Assembly (NCBI GenBank): GCA_044344195.1
Contig: JBIJDL010000001.1
Coordinates: 1-54,036, forward strand
DNA: 54,036 nucleotides
Direction: 5' to 3'
Source of the DNA: Candidatus Hydrogenedentales bacterium
GTDB lineage: Bacteria > Hydrogenedentota > Hydrogenedentia > Hydrogenedentales > JAEUWI01
The stretch's first letter is position 1. Every line of letters begins with the position of its first letter. This document shows positions 34,003 to 43,084 of this stretch, piece by piece. The notes below the pieces were generated by a model. That model saw only the letters and a list, made by a program, of their open reading frames with translations. It was not told the DNA's origin and ran no database searches. The position numbers and the translations under genes were made by a program.

Positions 34003-35367
34003 TCATGGGCTCTCGGCGGCGTGGGGGGGCAGGTTGGGAAGCTTCAGGGCCATGACGAGGGGGATCAGGACGAAAAGTCCACCCAGACAGTAGGCGGCAA
34101 CTGGTCCCAGCCACCAATAGAGTGCGGCGGCAAAGAGGGGTCCGACGGCCCGGGCCAGGGCACCGAGAGAACGGAAGATTCCGAGGACGCGCCCCTGATC
34201 TTCGGCCGGCGTGTAGGCACTGGCCAGGGCGGTGAGGCAGGGCGTGGCCTGAGCCGAACCGGCGGCCAGCAGGGCGAGGCCGAGGTAGAGGACAAGCTGG
34301 CTGCGCATTCCGCCGGCGACGCCGATGAGGACGAGGGCGGGCACGACGAGGGCCAGCCCGTGGAGCGTCATGCGGCGTGGTCCCACTGTGTTGGAGCGCC
34401 TGCGCACGTAGCCGCCCTGGATGAGCACGAGGATGCCGCCCACGAAGAGGAACATGAGGGCGTTTTGCTTCGGGCCGTAGCCCAGCCGCTCGTGGGCCAG
34501 AAAGGTGAGGGAAAACTCCATGCCGGAGAAGGCGAGGAGGAAGAGGAAGTAGGTCAGGTTGGTGCGGGTAACGCCGGGATAATGTACCGTGCGAAGGAGG
34601 GCGAAGGGGTTCGCGCTGCGCTCGGGTCGGGGCCCGGTGGCGAGGCGGCGGGTCTCGGGGAGGCGCAGCCCGGCGAAGACGAGGTTGAAGGCGGTGATGG
34701 CCATGGCGATGGCGGCGGGCATGGAGAAGGGGTTCACGCCGTAGTCCGCCAGGGCGGGGTACATGGCGGAGAGGTCTATCGAGGCGGAGATACCGCCGAC
34801 GGCCGGTCCGATCACGAAGCCGAGGCCGAAGGCGATACCGATGACCGCCATGCCCCGTGAGCGCTCCTTGAGGTCGGTCACGTCAGCCACGATGGCAGTT
34901 GCGGTGCTGATGTTGGCGCTCATGATGCCGCCGAGGAGCCGTGCGGCCACCAGGAGTTCGAAGCTGCCGGCGAAGAACCACAGGATATAAGAGATCAGAA
35001 TTCCGACGAGGGAGATGAGGAGGACGGGCCGGCGCCCAATTTTGTCCGAGAGGGCACCGAAAAGTGGAGCACCCACGAACTGGAGGAGGGAATAGAGGGA
35101 GCCGAGGAGCCCGCCGAACAGGACGATGATGCCCCAGTGTCCACCGCCGAGACCGATGTAATCGGTCATGGAGTGCAATGAACCATAGAAGGCGGCGAAT
35201 AGAGGAGACGATGGCGACTGGGTACTGTAGTACTCGAGCATGCCCGGAAATAGGGGGAAAATAATAGAAAAGCCGATGAGATCGACGAAAAGGGTTACAA
35301 AGACGATCTGGAGCGTTGACCGTCGGTTCACGGCAGACAGGGGAGGATTATCGGTATGAGGAGTCAT
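34003..35367 (-). CDS. MFS transporter (drug:H+ antiporter / Tet-like family)
   Basis: About 12 TM helices and MFS motif A GALSDKIGRRPVLL; 454 aa. The opposite-strand ORF 33949-34860 is G/E/A-rich shadow. Confidence 0.85.
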   Translation of the reverse strand: MTPHTDNPPLSAVNRRSTLQIVFVTLFVDLIGFSIIFPLFPGMLEYYSTQSPSSPLFAAFYGSLHSMTDYIGLGGGHWGIIVLFGGLLGSLYSLLQFVGAPLFGALSDKIGRRPVLLISLVGILISYILWFFAGSFELLVAARLLGGIMSANISTATAIVADVTDLKERSRGMAVIGIAFGLGFVIGPAVGGISASIDLSAMYPALADYGVNPFSMPAAIAMAITAFNLVFAGLRLPETRRLATGPRPERSANPFALLRTVHYPGVTRTNLTYFLFLLAFSGMEFSLTFLAHERLGYGPKQNALMFLFVGGILVLIQGGYVRRRSNTVGPRRMTLHGLALVVPALVLIGVAGGMRSQLVLYLGLALLAAGSAQATPCLTALASAYTPAEDQGRVLGIFRSLGALARAVGPLFAAALYWWLGPVAAYCLGGLFVLIPLVMALKLPNLPPHAAESP

Positions 35368-35507
35368 GGGAGATGCACTTCAAGGCCTGGGGGAAGCAGC
35401 AGATCGGGCCGGTGCCCGGAACGCGTGATCATACCCTTATGCTGGAGTAGTTCGCAAAGGGGCTCTGCAACCCCCGCCAGGGTTACATTGTTTGGGTGTC
35501 TCGCCTG

Positions 35508-35516
35508 TGGTATGAT
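35508..35516 (+). promoter_or_regulatory. Extended -10 promoter candidate (TGgTATGAT) upstream of ftsH
   Basis: TG at 35508-35509 and hexamer TATGAT at 35511-35516. It predicts a ~160-nt leader containing the 10-bp inverted repeat GCCCACTACG (35553-35562) / CGTAGTGGGC (35631-35640). Confidence 0.35.
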
Positions 35517-35685
35517 GAGAATTGAGTTCAAGTAGTTGAACCTGTGGAAGTTGCCCACTACGCTGCCGGGTGCTGGTTTTTGGCGTCTGTCCCCCGGCTC
35601 TTGCTGAATCCCTAGATCTCTCTCTAGTTTCGTAGTGGGCACGAAACGGCTGCCAATTGCCTAAGATAAGGTATTTGACTTACTT

Positions 35686-37668
35686 ATGAATGGTTTGTTC
35701 AAGCAAGTTTCCCTCTGGATCGTTCTGGGCATCATCGTTGTGCTTGTCCTGACACGATTCTCCGATCTGAACCCGAAACCCGCCATGAAGGGCCAGGCCG
35801 ACTTCGTCGAGCAGATGGAGGCCGAAAACATCGCCGATCCGGTGAAGGTCTCCATCGGCGAGAAGAGCGTCCGGATCTATGCCAAGTTCAAGGAGCCGGT
35901 CGGCGAGGCGAAGCAGACCGATTTTACCTTTACGGTCCCCGAATTCCGCCCGGAATGGGAGGCCACGCTTGACGCGCAGAAGGTGAAGGTCGATTTCTCC
36001 GAAGAGAACAACATGTTCGTGAACATGGTGTTCCAGATCGTCCTCCTGCTTCTGATCATCGGTGCCTTCTGGTTCTTCATGATCCGACAGATGCAGGGCG
36101 GCAACAATAAGGCCATGTCCTTTGGCAAAAGCCGCGCCCGCATGGTCAATCAGGGTGACAAGACCGTCACCTTCAATGACGTCGCCGGCGTGGACGAAGC
36201 CAAGGAGGAACTCCACGAGATCATCGAATTTCTCAAGGAACCCAAGAAATTTACCCGCCTGGGCGGCAAGATCCCCCGGGGCGTGCTCCTCGTGGGCCCT
36301 CCCGGATCGGGCAAGACCCTCCTGGCCCGCGCCGTTGCCGGTGAGGCAAGTGTGCCCTTCTTCAGCATCAGCGGCTCGGACTTCGTGGAAATGTTCGTGG
36401 GCGTGGGTGCGAGCCGCGTGCGCGATCTGTTCCAGCAGGGCCACAAACATGCACCCTGCATCATTTTTATCGACGAAATTGATGCCGTGGGCCGCCAGCG
36501 CGGTGCCGGCATGGGCGGTGGCCATGACGAACGCGAACAGACCCTGAACCAGCTCCTGGTGGAGATGGACGGCTTTAATACCAACGACGGCGTGATCCTG
36601 ATCGCGGCCACGAACCGCCCCGACGTGCTGGATCGGGCGCTGTTGCGTCCGGGCCGCTTTGACCGGCAGGTGATGGTGGCCAACCCCGATATCAACGGGC
36701 GGAAGCAGATCCTCGATATCCACATCAAGAACCAGAAGGTCCCGATGGACCCGGACGTGGACACGCAGATTCTGGCGCGGGGCACCCCCGGTTTTTCCGG
36801 TGCCGATCTGGCCAACATGGTCAACGAATCGGCCCTGCTGGCGGCGCGGCGCGACCAGGACAAGGTCAACATGATTGACTTCGAAGACGCGAAAGATCGG
36901 GTGATGATGGGCCCGGCGCGCAACAGTCTGGTCATGAGCCCGGACCAGAAACTGGCGACGGCCTACCACGAGGCGGGCCACGCGCTGCTGTGCCAGCTCC
37001 TGCCCGACGCCGATCCCATGCACAAGGTGACGGTCATCCCGCGCGGTCCCGCGCTGGGCGTTACGAGCAGCCTGCCCACGGAAGACAAGTATTGCGTGTC
37101 CAAGAAGTGGTGCCTGGCCAACATGATCATGACCATGGGCGGTCGCGCGGCGGAAGAGATCATCTACGGAGAGTTCAACAGCGGTGCGTCCAACGACCTG
37201 AAGCAGGCGACGCACCGGGCCCACGCCATGGTGTGCGATTGGGGCATGAGCGAGCTCGGCCCCATCAGTTTCAGCAGCAGCGACGAGATTTTCCTCGGCC
37301 GCGACTTCAGCAAGACTCGCGACTACAGCGACGAGACTGCGGCGGCGGTGGATCGGGAAGTACACCGCCTGCTGGAAGAGGCCTATACGGCGGCGAAGAG
37401 CCTGCTCCTGAAGCACGTGGATGTGCTCAAGGCCCTGGGTGATGCGCTGTACGAGCGCGAGACCCTGGACGCGAAGGAAGTGAACGTCATCATTCGCAAG
37501 GTGGGTGGCCCCGATCTGATTCCACCGGATCCCGAGCCCAAGTCCGCGCCACAGGAAACCGTTGATATCGCCCCGGAATCGGCGGGCGCGCTACTCGAAG
37601 CGAAGCCGGAAGAAGACAAGTCGACCGGCTCCATATCGCCCGGCGGTATCCTTCCGGACACGGTTTGA
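35686..37668 (+). CDS. ftsH: ATP-dependent zinc metalloprotease FtsH
   Basis: Two N-terminal TM helices, AAA+ Walker A GPPGSGKT, Walker [32 protein letters not shown], and the zinc motif HEAGHAL. Confidence 0.95.
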   Translation: MNGLFKQVSLWIVLGIIVVLVLTRFSDLNPKPAMKGQADFVEQMEAENIADPVKVSIGEKSVRIYAKFKEPVGEAKQTDFTFTVPEFRPEWEATLDAQKVKVDFSEENNMFVNMVFQIVLLLLIIGAFWFFMIRQMQGGNNKAMSFGKSRARMVNQGDKTVTFNDVAGVDEAKEELHEIIEFLKEPKKFTRLGGKIPRGVLLVGPPGSGKTLLARAVAGEASVPFFSISGSDFVEMFVGVGASRVRDLFQQGHKHAPCIIFIDEIDAVGRQRGAGMGGGHDEREQTLNQLLVEMDGFNTNDGVILIAATNRPDVLDRALLRPGRFDRQVMVANPDINGRKQILDIHIKNQKVPMDPDVDTQILARGTPGFSGADLANMVNESALLAARRDQDKVNMIDFEDAKDRVMMGPARNSLVMSPDQKLATAYHEAGHALLCQLLPDADPMHKVTVIPRGPALGVTSSLPTEDKYCVSKKWCLANMIMTMGGRAAEEIIYGEFNSGASNDLKQATHRAHAMVCDWGMSELGPISFSSSDEIFLGRDFSKTRDYSDETAAAVDREVHRLLEEAYTAAKSLLLKHVDVLKALGDALYERETLDAKEVNVIIRKVGGPDLIPPDPEPKSAPQETVDIAPESAGALLEAKPEEDKSTGSISPGGILPDTV

Positions 37669-37720
37669 CTTTGACCTGTCATGCGATTGAGTTGAGTTAA
37701 GAAGTTAGTGCAGGTGTTGC

Positions 37721-37806
37721 GCAGCAATATAGCAGGGACAGCAGGGACGGCAGGGACTTCAGGCAATATAGTTGCTGCCGTCTCTGAGGTTGCTGATGTC
37801 CCTGCA
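37721..37806. repeat. Intergenic element with three tandem 9-nt words GCAGGGACN and one inverted copy
   Basis: GCAGGGACA, GCAGGGACG, GCAGGGACT at 37732-37758; inverted GTCCCTGC at 37798-37805. Flanked by GCAGCAA (37721-37727) / TTGCTGC (37772-37778). It uses the same word as the element at 41008-41088. Confidence 0.7.
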
Positions 37807-37872
37807 GTCGTTAGTGTCGGCCCAAGCCCCTCACAATCCCGCCAACGTTCACGAGAGTACCTTCGCGTTTCC

Positions 37873-38709
37873 ATGAACCGCTATTCACCGCTCTATGCCT
37901 CCTCCGTGCTCGCCCGGGGTTCCGCCCTGGTCATGGGCATTGTGAACCTGACGCCCGATTCGTTTTACGACGGCGGGCGTCTGGGTGACGTTGGCGCGGC
38001 GCGTGATCATGCGCTTTCGCTCGTGGCGGACGGCGCGGATATCCTCGATCTCGGGGCGGAATCGTCCCGGCCCGGCGCGGAACCCGTAACGGCGGAAGAA
38101 GAGCTGGCCCGGCTGCTACCCGTGCTGGAGGCGCTGTCGGAATGCCCGGTGCCCGTCTCGGTGGACACCTATCACACTGCGACGGCCCGCGCGGCCCTGG
38201 CGCGGGGCGCTGCGATGATCAACGATATCAGCGCGCTGCGTCACGATCCGGAGATGGCCGGGGTTATCGCGGAATCGGGTTGTCCCTGTGTGCTCATGCA
38301 CATGCGGGGGACGCCGCGTAACATGCAGCGGGATCCGCGCTACGACAACGTGGTGGAGGAAATCTGCGACTTCTTCGAGGAGCGCCTCGCGGCGGCGGAC
38401 GCCGCCGGGATTGCCCGAGAGCAGATCTGGCTGGATCCCGGTTTTGGATTCGGCAAGACCGTGGCGCATAATCTGACCTTGTTGAAGGAACTCTCCGCGT
38501 TCCGCCGCTTTGGGTTGCCCGTGCTTATCGGCACGTCAAACAAGTCGACCATCGGGGCGGTGCTGGGCACGGAGGTGCATGATCGCAGCGAGGGAACCGC
38601 CGCGACCGTGGCGGTATCTATCGTGGCGGGTGTCCATTGCGTCCGGGTTCACGACGTGAAAGCCATGGGCCGGGTGGTGCGGATGACCGAGGCGATACAG
38701 CAGGCCTAG
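37873..38709 (+). CDS. folP: Dihydropteroate synthase
   Basis: MGIVNLTPDSFYDGG, DILDLGAESSRPGA, SVDTY, INDIS and GFGFGK motifs. The internal ATG 37873 gives a family-typical length (278 aa). The ORF-track extension translates the repeat element. Confidence 0.9.
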   Translation: MNRYSPLYASSVLARGSALVMGIVNLTPDSFYDGGRLGDVGAARDHALSLVADGADILDLGAESSRPGAEPVTAEEELARLLPVLEALSECPVPVSVDTYHTATARAALARGAAMINDISALRHDPEMAGVIAESGCPCVLMHMRGTPRNMQRDPRYDNVVEEICDFFEERLAAADAAGIAREQIWLDPGFGFGKTVAHNLTLLKELSAFRRFGLPVLIGTSNKSTIGAVLGTEVHDRSEGTAATVAVSIVAGVHCVRVHDVKAMGRVVRMTEAIQQA

Positions 38710-38757
38710 ATCCGCGCCTGGCGCGGCTATTGAGCAGGAACAAGAGGAGAGAGAAGC

Positions 38758-40101
38758 ATGCCCGATCGTTTGTTTGGCACCGACGGAATCCGCGGTAAGG
38801 CGAATATCCACCCGATGACGGCGGAGATGGCGCTCAAGGTGGGCCGCGCGGCGGGCCACCTGTTTCAGAATGGCAGTGGACGCCACACGATACTCATCGG
38901 CAAGGACACGCGGCGCTCCTGCTACATGCTGGAGAACGCCCTCACGGCGGGCCTGTGCTCCGTGGGTATCAACGTGCTCCTGACGGGCCCGCTGCCCACG
39001 CCGGGCGTTTCGTACATCATGCGGAGCCTCCGTTGCGATGGCGCCATCATGATTTCAGCCTCGCACAATCACTATGCCGACAACGGCATCAAACTTTTCG
39101 GCCGGGACGGCTACAAGATCCCCGACGAGGCCGAAGACGAGATCGAGCGATTGATCTCGACGGGCGAGGTGGACAAACTCCGCCCGACCGGCAATGACAT
39201 CGGCGTGGCCCGTCGTATTGATGACGCCGTGGGCCGCTACATCGAATTTGTGAAGGCCTCCTTTCCGAAGGGCATGCGCCTGGATGGCCTCCGCATCGTG
39301 GTGGACTGTTCCAACGGCGCGACCTACAAGGCGGGCCCGAACACCCTTCGCGAGCTGGGCGCGGAAGTGATTGCTATCGGCGACCGCCCAGACGGCAGCA
39401 ACATCAACGAGGACGTGGGTTCGGTCCACCCGGAGGAGATGCGCGCCACGGTGATCCGCGAACGGGCCGATCTTGGTATCGCTTTCGACGGCGATGGGGA
39501 TCGCCTGGTGATGGCGGACGGCAACGGGCGCCTGCTGGATGGCAACGCGCTGCTGGCCATTCTGGGCATTGATCGCCTGGAGCGGGACGAGCTTCCCGGC
39601 CGCACGATTGCGACGACGATCATGGCCAATGGCGGGCTGGCAAGGGCTTTGGAGCCCCTCGGCGGCCAGGTGGTCCACACCCAGGTGGGCGACCGCTATG
39701 TGGTGGAGGCCATGCGCGAGCAGGGCCTGGCCATTGGCGGCGAGTCTTCCGGCCACATGATTATTCTGGACCACAATACCACGGGCGACGCCATCATCGC
39801 GGCGCTCCAGGTGCTGGCCATCATCGTGCGCAAGGAACAATCCCTCACCGATTTGGCCCACGCATACCAGGAGATGCCGGAAAGTCACCAGAAAATCCCG
39901 CTCAACGGTCGTCCGAAACCCTCGCAGGAATCGCTGGATGCCTTGGTGGAAGAAATCCGCGACGAACTCGAAGGCAAGGGCCGCGTTGTGATTCGGCCTT
40001 CGGGTACGGAGCCCATCGTGCGGATCATGGTGCAGCATCAGGACGCCCGCACGGCCCAGACCCTGACGAAACAACTGGCGGACCGCGTTGCGGCGATGTA
40101 G
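38758..40101 (+). CDS. glmM: Phosphoglucosamine mutase
   Basis: LFGTDGIRG N-terminus, active-site serine loop SASHNHYADNGIK, metal site FDGDGDR, and GGESSGH. Confidence 0.9.
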   Translation: MPDRLFGTDGIRGKANIHPMTAEMALKVGRAAGHLFQNGSGRHTILIGKDTRRSCYMLENALTAGLCSVGINVLLTGPLPTPGVSYIMRSLRCDGAIMISASHNHYADNGIKLFGRDGYKIPDEAEDEIERLISTGEVDKLRPTGNDIGVARRIDDAVGRYIEFVKASFPKGMRLDGLRIVVDCSNGATYKAGPNTLRELGAEVIAIGDRPDGSNINEDVGSVHPEEMRATVIRERADLGIAFDGDGDRLVMADGNGRLLDGNALLAILGIDRLERDELPGRTIATTIMANGGLARALEPLGGQVVHTQVGDRYVVEAMREQGLAIGGESSGHMIILDHNTTGDAIIAALQVLAIIVRKEQSLTDLAHAYQEMPESHQKIPLNGRPKPSQESLDALVEEIRDELEGKGRVVIRPSGTEPIVRIMVQHQDARTAQTLTKQLADRVAAM

Positions 40102-40130
40102 CGGTGCGCATGGTGGTGGGGGAGTGATGT

Positions 40131-40210
40131 GTGGACTGAGTGGACGAAGTGGACATGGTGGACACAGTAGACTTGTCCTGTGAAATGGTTTTATCGTCCC
40201 CTAAGTCCAC
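40131..40210. repeat. Intergenic element with 9-nt periodic GTGGAC words and inverted GTCCAC
   Basis: GTGGACTGA, GTGGACGAA, GTGGACATG, GTGGACACA, GTAGAC at 40131-40172; inverted GTCCAC at 40205-40210. Confidence 0.65.
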
Positions 40211-40237
40211 CAAACCAGCAATGAAGGAGTGCTCTTC

Positions 40238-40954
40238 TTGATCGAACTCGGCGTCAACATTGACCATGTCGCCACCCTGCGCGAAGCGCGGAAGGGCATT
40301 GTGCCCAGCGTGGTGGAAGCGGCGGCCATCTGTGAACGTGCTGGTGCCCATCAGATCACGGTCCATCTGCGCCAGGACCGTCGCCACATCCAGGATCATG
40401 ATGTCCACGCCCTGGCGGAATCGCTCACGACGCGCATGAATTTTGAGATGGCCGCCGTGGACGAAATCATCGCCATAGCCCACCAGCTTAAGCCCTACAC
40501 GGTCTGTCTGGTGCCGGAGAGCCGGGAAGAAATCACGACCGAGGGCGGGCTGGATGTGTTCACGCAGCAGGCCTGGCTCACGGAGGTGGTGGCGGGCATG
40601 CATGAGCACGGCATTAAAGTCAGTCTCTTCATCGATCCCGAGATCCCCCAGATCGAGGCCAGTGCGGCTACCGGAGCGGACTTTGTGGAATTGCACACGG
40701 GCGCCTATGCCAACGCCCGGGATGTGGCGAAGGAGATTCGGCGCCTCCAGGCCTCGGCCGAGGCCATCGCCCAGACCAGCCTGCGCTTCCATGCGGGGCA
40801 CGGGTTGACCGCGCGGAATCTGGCACCCGTTGCCGCCCTGCCGGGCCTGCGGGAAGTGAACATCGGGCACGATATCGTGTCCCGGGCGCTGTTCATCGGG
40901 CTGGACGCCGCCGTGAAGGAGATATTGGACGCGCTGAAGCCTTCGGGGATGTGA
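40238..40954 (+). CDS. pdxJ: Pyridoxine 5'-phosphate synthase
   Basis: LGVNIDHVATLREAR N-terminal motif and HLRQDRRHI. A TTG at 40238 has AAGGAG 8 nt upstream; the ORF-track GTG at 40229 overlaps that SD. Confidence 0.85.
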   Translation: MIELGVNIDHVATLREARKGIVPSVVEAAAICERAGAHQITVHLRQDRRHIQDHDVHALAESLTTRMNFEMAAVDEIIAIAHQLKPYTVCLVPESREEITTEGGLDVFTQQAWLTEVVAGMHEHGIKVSLFIDPEIPQIEASAATGADFVELHTGAYANARDVAKEIRRLQASAEAIAQTSLRFHAGHGLTARNLAPVAALPGLREVNIGHDIVSRALFIGLDAAVKEILDALKPSGM

Positions 40955-41007
40955 ATCGCCTTTACAAACGGTTTTCCTCGATGTACGACAGCGGTTTATC
41001 TCAGTAT

Positions 41008-41088
41008 CAGGGACGGCAGGGACTACAGGGACAGCAGGACATTCAACGGCATGGGTCCTTGATGTCTCTGCCGTCCCTGTAGTCCCTG
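41008..41088. repeat. Palindromic intergenic element built from 9-nt periodic CAGGGAC words
   Basis: Forward CAGGGAC at 41008, 41017 and 41026, plus CAGGAC at 41035. Inverted GTCCCTG at 41073 and 41082, plus degenerate GTCTCTG at 41064 and GTCC at 41056. CAGGGACTACAGGGAC pairs perfectly with GTCCCTGTAGTCCCTG. Confidence 0.7.
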
Positions 41089-41110
41089 AGGTCACGTACC
41101 CGGAACTTTA

Positions 41111-42478
41111 ATGGCAGCCCTGATAGACACCTTCAAGAAATCCATCGCCGAGCTCCACTCGGGCGGGGGCACCGTGCTCACCGCCGTGTCGGGTGGGGCC
41201 GATTCCATCGCCCTGATGCACTTGCTTCCTCGCGCAGACGTTTCCTGCGGAGTCGCCTATTTCGATCATCAGACGCGGCAGGGCGAAAGCGCCGAGGACG
41301 GGCGCTTTGTGGCGGATGTGGCGGCGAATCTCGGGCTTCCTTTTTATTCCGGCGGCGCCGACATCGCCGCCCGCGCGGCAGCCACGGGCGAAAGCTTCGA
41401 AATGGCGGCACGCCGCGCGCGCTATGCTTTTCTCCTCGACACCGCGCGCACCCACGGCTGCACGGCCATCGCCACCGGCCACCACGCCGACGATCAAGCG
41501 GAAACCGTGTTCCTGCGCCTGCTGCGCGGATCGAGTCCCGCCGGACTTGGTGGCATCCCTTCCCGGCGCGACGAGGGCGGTATTCACATCATTCGGCCGC
41601 TTCTCGGTATCACCCGAGTGGAAATTCGGGCCTGGCTTGTGGCCGAGAACATCCCCTGGCGGGAGGACGCGACCAACGCCGAGATCGACGCGCTCCGTAA
41701 CCGCGTGCGCCACGAATTGCTGCCGATCCTTGCCCGCGATTTTAATCCCGGTATCCGGGAAGCCCTCAACCGCCTGGCCACGCTGCAGCGCATGGACAGC
41801 GCGTTGCTCGACCGGCTTGCGGCGGCGGCACTGGACGAAGTCGAGGATGAAACGGGCCGCATCGCGCGTGCCGCGTTTCGCACCCTCGATACCGCTTTGC
41901 AGTTCCGCTGTCTGACGGATCGAATCCGGCGTGCCGCAGCCGAGCCGGACTTTGAAAGGGTGTCACGGGCCGCCGCGTTTATTACCGATGGCCCGGCGGG
42001 TAAACAGATCGACCTGGGCAACGGCATCGCCCTGTTTCTGAGCGCGGAGTACGCCGTTTTCGCCCCACGGGTGTCGGAGGAAGAGACCGACGAGATTCAC
42101 CTGGCCATTCCCGGTGCGGCGTCGGGTCTTGGCAGGTCTTTCCAAGTGCGTCGGCTGGACGCCCTCCCCCCAGGGCCCCTCGCGGATTATTGTCACGCCG
42201 GGTGCCAAGTTTTCGATGGCGACGCCCTCGCGGATACCTTTGTCATCCGGCGTCGGCGCGCGGGAGATCGCTTTCGTCCCCTGGGCATGGAGGGCACACG
42301 GAAGCTGAAGGATGTATTCAACGATCGCGGCCTGACGAGGCCCGAGCGGGACCGACAACTCGTGGTGGAGAGCGGCGGACGTATCGTCTGGATTCCGGGG
42401 CACACGGTGAGCCGGGATACCGCCGTGACGGAGCACACCCGGCGCTATGTGGAGCTGTGTATCGAGATTCGGGCATAG
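41111..42478 (+). CDS. tilS: tRNA(Ile)-lysidine synthetase
   Basis: PP-loop motif AVSGGADSIAL, HHADDQAETV, and a C-terminal TilS domain (GTRKLKDVFNDRGL...WIPGH). Confidence 0.85.
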   Translation: MAALIDTFKKSIAELHSGGGTVLTAVSGGADSIALMHLLPRADVSCGVAYFDHQTRQGESAEDGRFVADVAANLGLPFYSGGADIAARAAATGESFEMAARRARYAFLLDTARTHGCTAIATGHHADDQAETVFLRLLRGSSPAGLGGIPSRRDEGGIHIIRPLLGITRVEIRAWLVAENIPWREDATNAEIDALRNRVRHELLPILARDFNPGIREALNRLATLQRMDSALLDRLAAAALDEVEDETGRIARAAFRTLDTALQFRCLTDRIRRAAAEPDFERVSRAAAFITDGPAGKQIDLGNGIALFLSAEYAVFAPRVSEEETDEIHLAIPGAASGLGRSFQVRRLDALPPGPLADYCHAGCQVFDGDALADTFVIRRRRAGDRFRPLGMEGTRKLKDVFNDRGLTRPERDRQLVVESGGRIVWIPGHTVSRDTAVTEHTRRYVELCIEIRA

Positions 42479-42520
42479 TGCCGGGGTCTTCCTGCGAGAT
42501 CAGTGGCAATAAAGGGGATT

Positions 42521-42904
42521 GACCACGGAATGTCCTGGAGCAGCCTCCGGCCGCAACCAAATGATTCACCACGAAGGCCACGAAGAGCACGAAGAAGAAA
42601 AAGAAGGATTCCCCCTGCAATTCGGGCGACCCCAAATTGAACTCGCATCCCAATATTCTTTGCGCCTTCGCGCCTTTGCGTGCAATAGACTCGGAAGAAC
42701 TCCACAGGTGGCATAGCGACCGCCGAAGTCCTGCAGCGCCACAATTTCTTTACGCTTCGTGTTCTTCGTGCCTTCGTGGTGAATAAATTCTTTCCATCGT
42801 ATCCTGTTCGTAAGCGGCAGCGTCTGAGTGAGTTGGGGGGAGTTTGCTTGAATTTTTTTTCCAGGAAAACGAGAAAATGAGGGATAGTAGTACGGAATTT
42901 CACG
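42521..42904 (+). repeat. Copy C of the dispersed MITE/REP-like element (core 42521-42784 plus accessory module 42880-42904)
   Basis: GACCACGGAATG...GAGCAGCCTCCGGCCGCAACCAAATGATT, followed by 9-nt periodic CACGAAG words. An inverted arm CTTCGTGTTCTTCGTGCCTTCGTGGTG lies at 42755-42781. GGATAGTAGTACGGAATTTCACG matches copy A 455-477 inverted. Confidence 0.7.
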
Positions 42905-43084
42905 TAAGCTTCTATATGGCGGTGGTCGCGCCGCATATTGGAGTGCAGCAAATTGTCGGGGCCTATTGGATGGGAGGCATTTTCGAGAAGATGGGAACCG
43001 GTGGATAGCCGTCGGACGCGCCCTATGGTATGGATGGTCCCCAAGAGCGGAATAGAGAATCGCAACGAAGCACGGAAGTTCCCC

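Noticed and set aside
33949-34860. 303-aa + strand ORF opposite the MFS transporter
   Set aside because: It is G/E/A/D-rich with no motifs. The minus frame has 12 TM helices and MFS motif A.
35680-37416. 578-aa minus-strand ORF opposite ftsH
   Set aside because: ftsH on the + strand is unambiguous ([15 protein letters not shown]). The antisense ORF is a shadow.
40025-41095. 356-aa minus-strand ORF opposite pdxJ
   Set aside because: PdxJ motifs are clear on the + strand. Both ends of the minus ORF translate the word-repeat elements (STVSTMSTSSTQST and TGTAETS), which marks it as an artefact.
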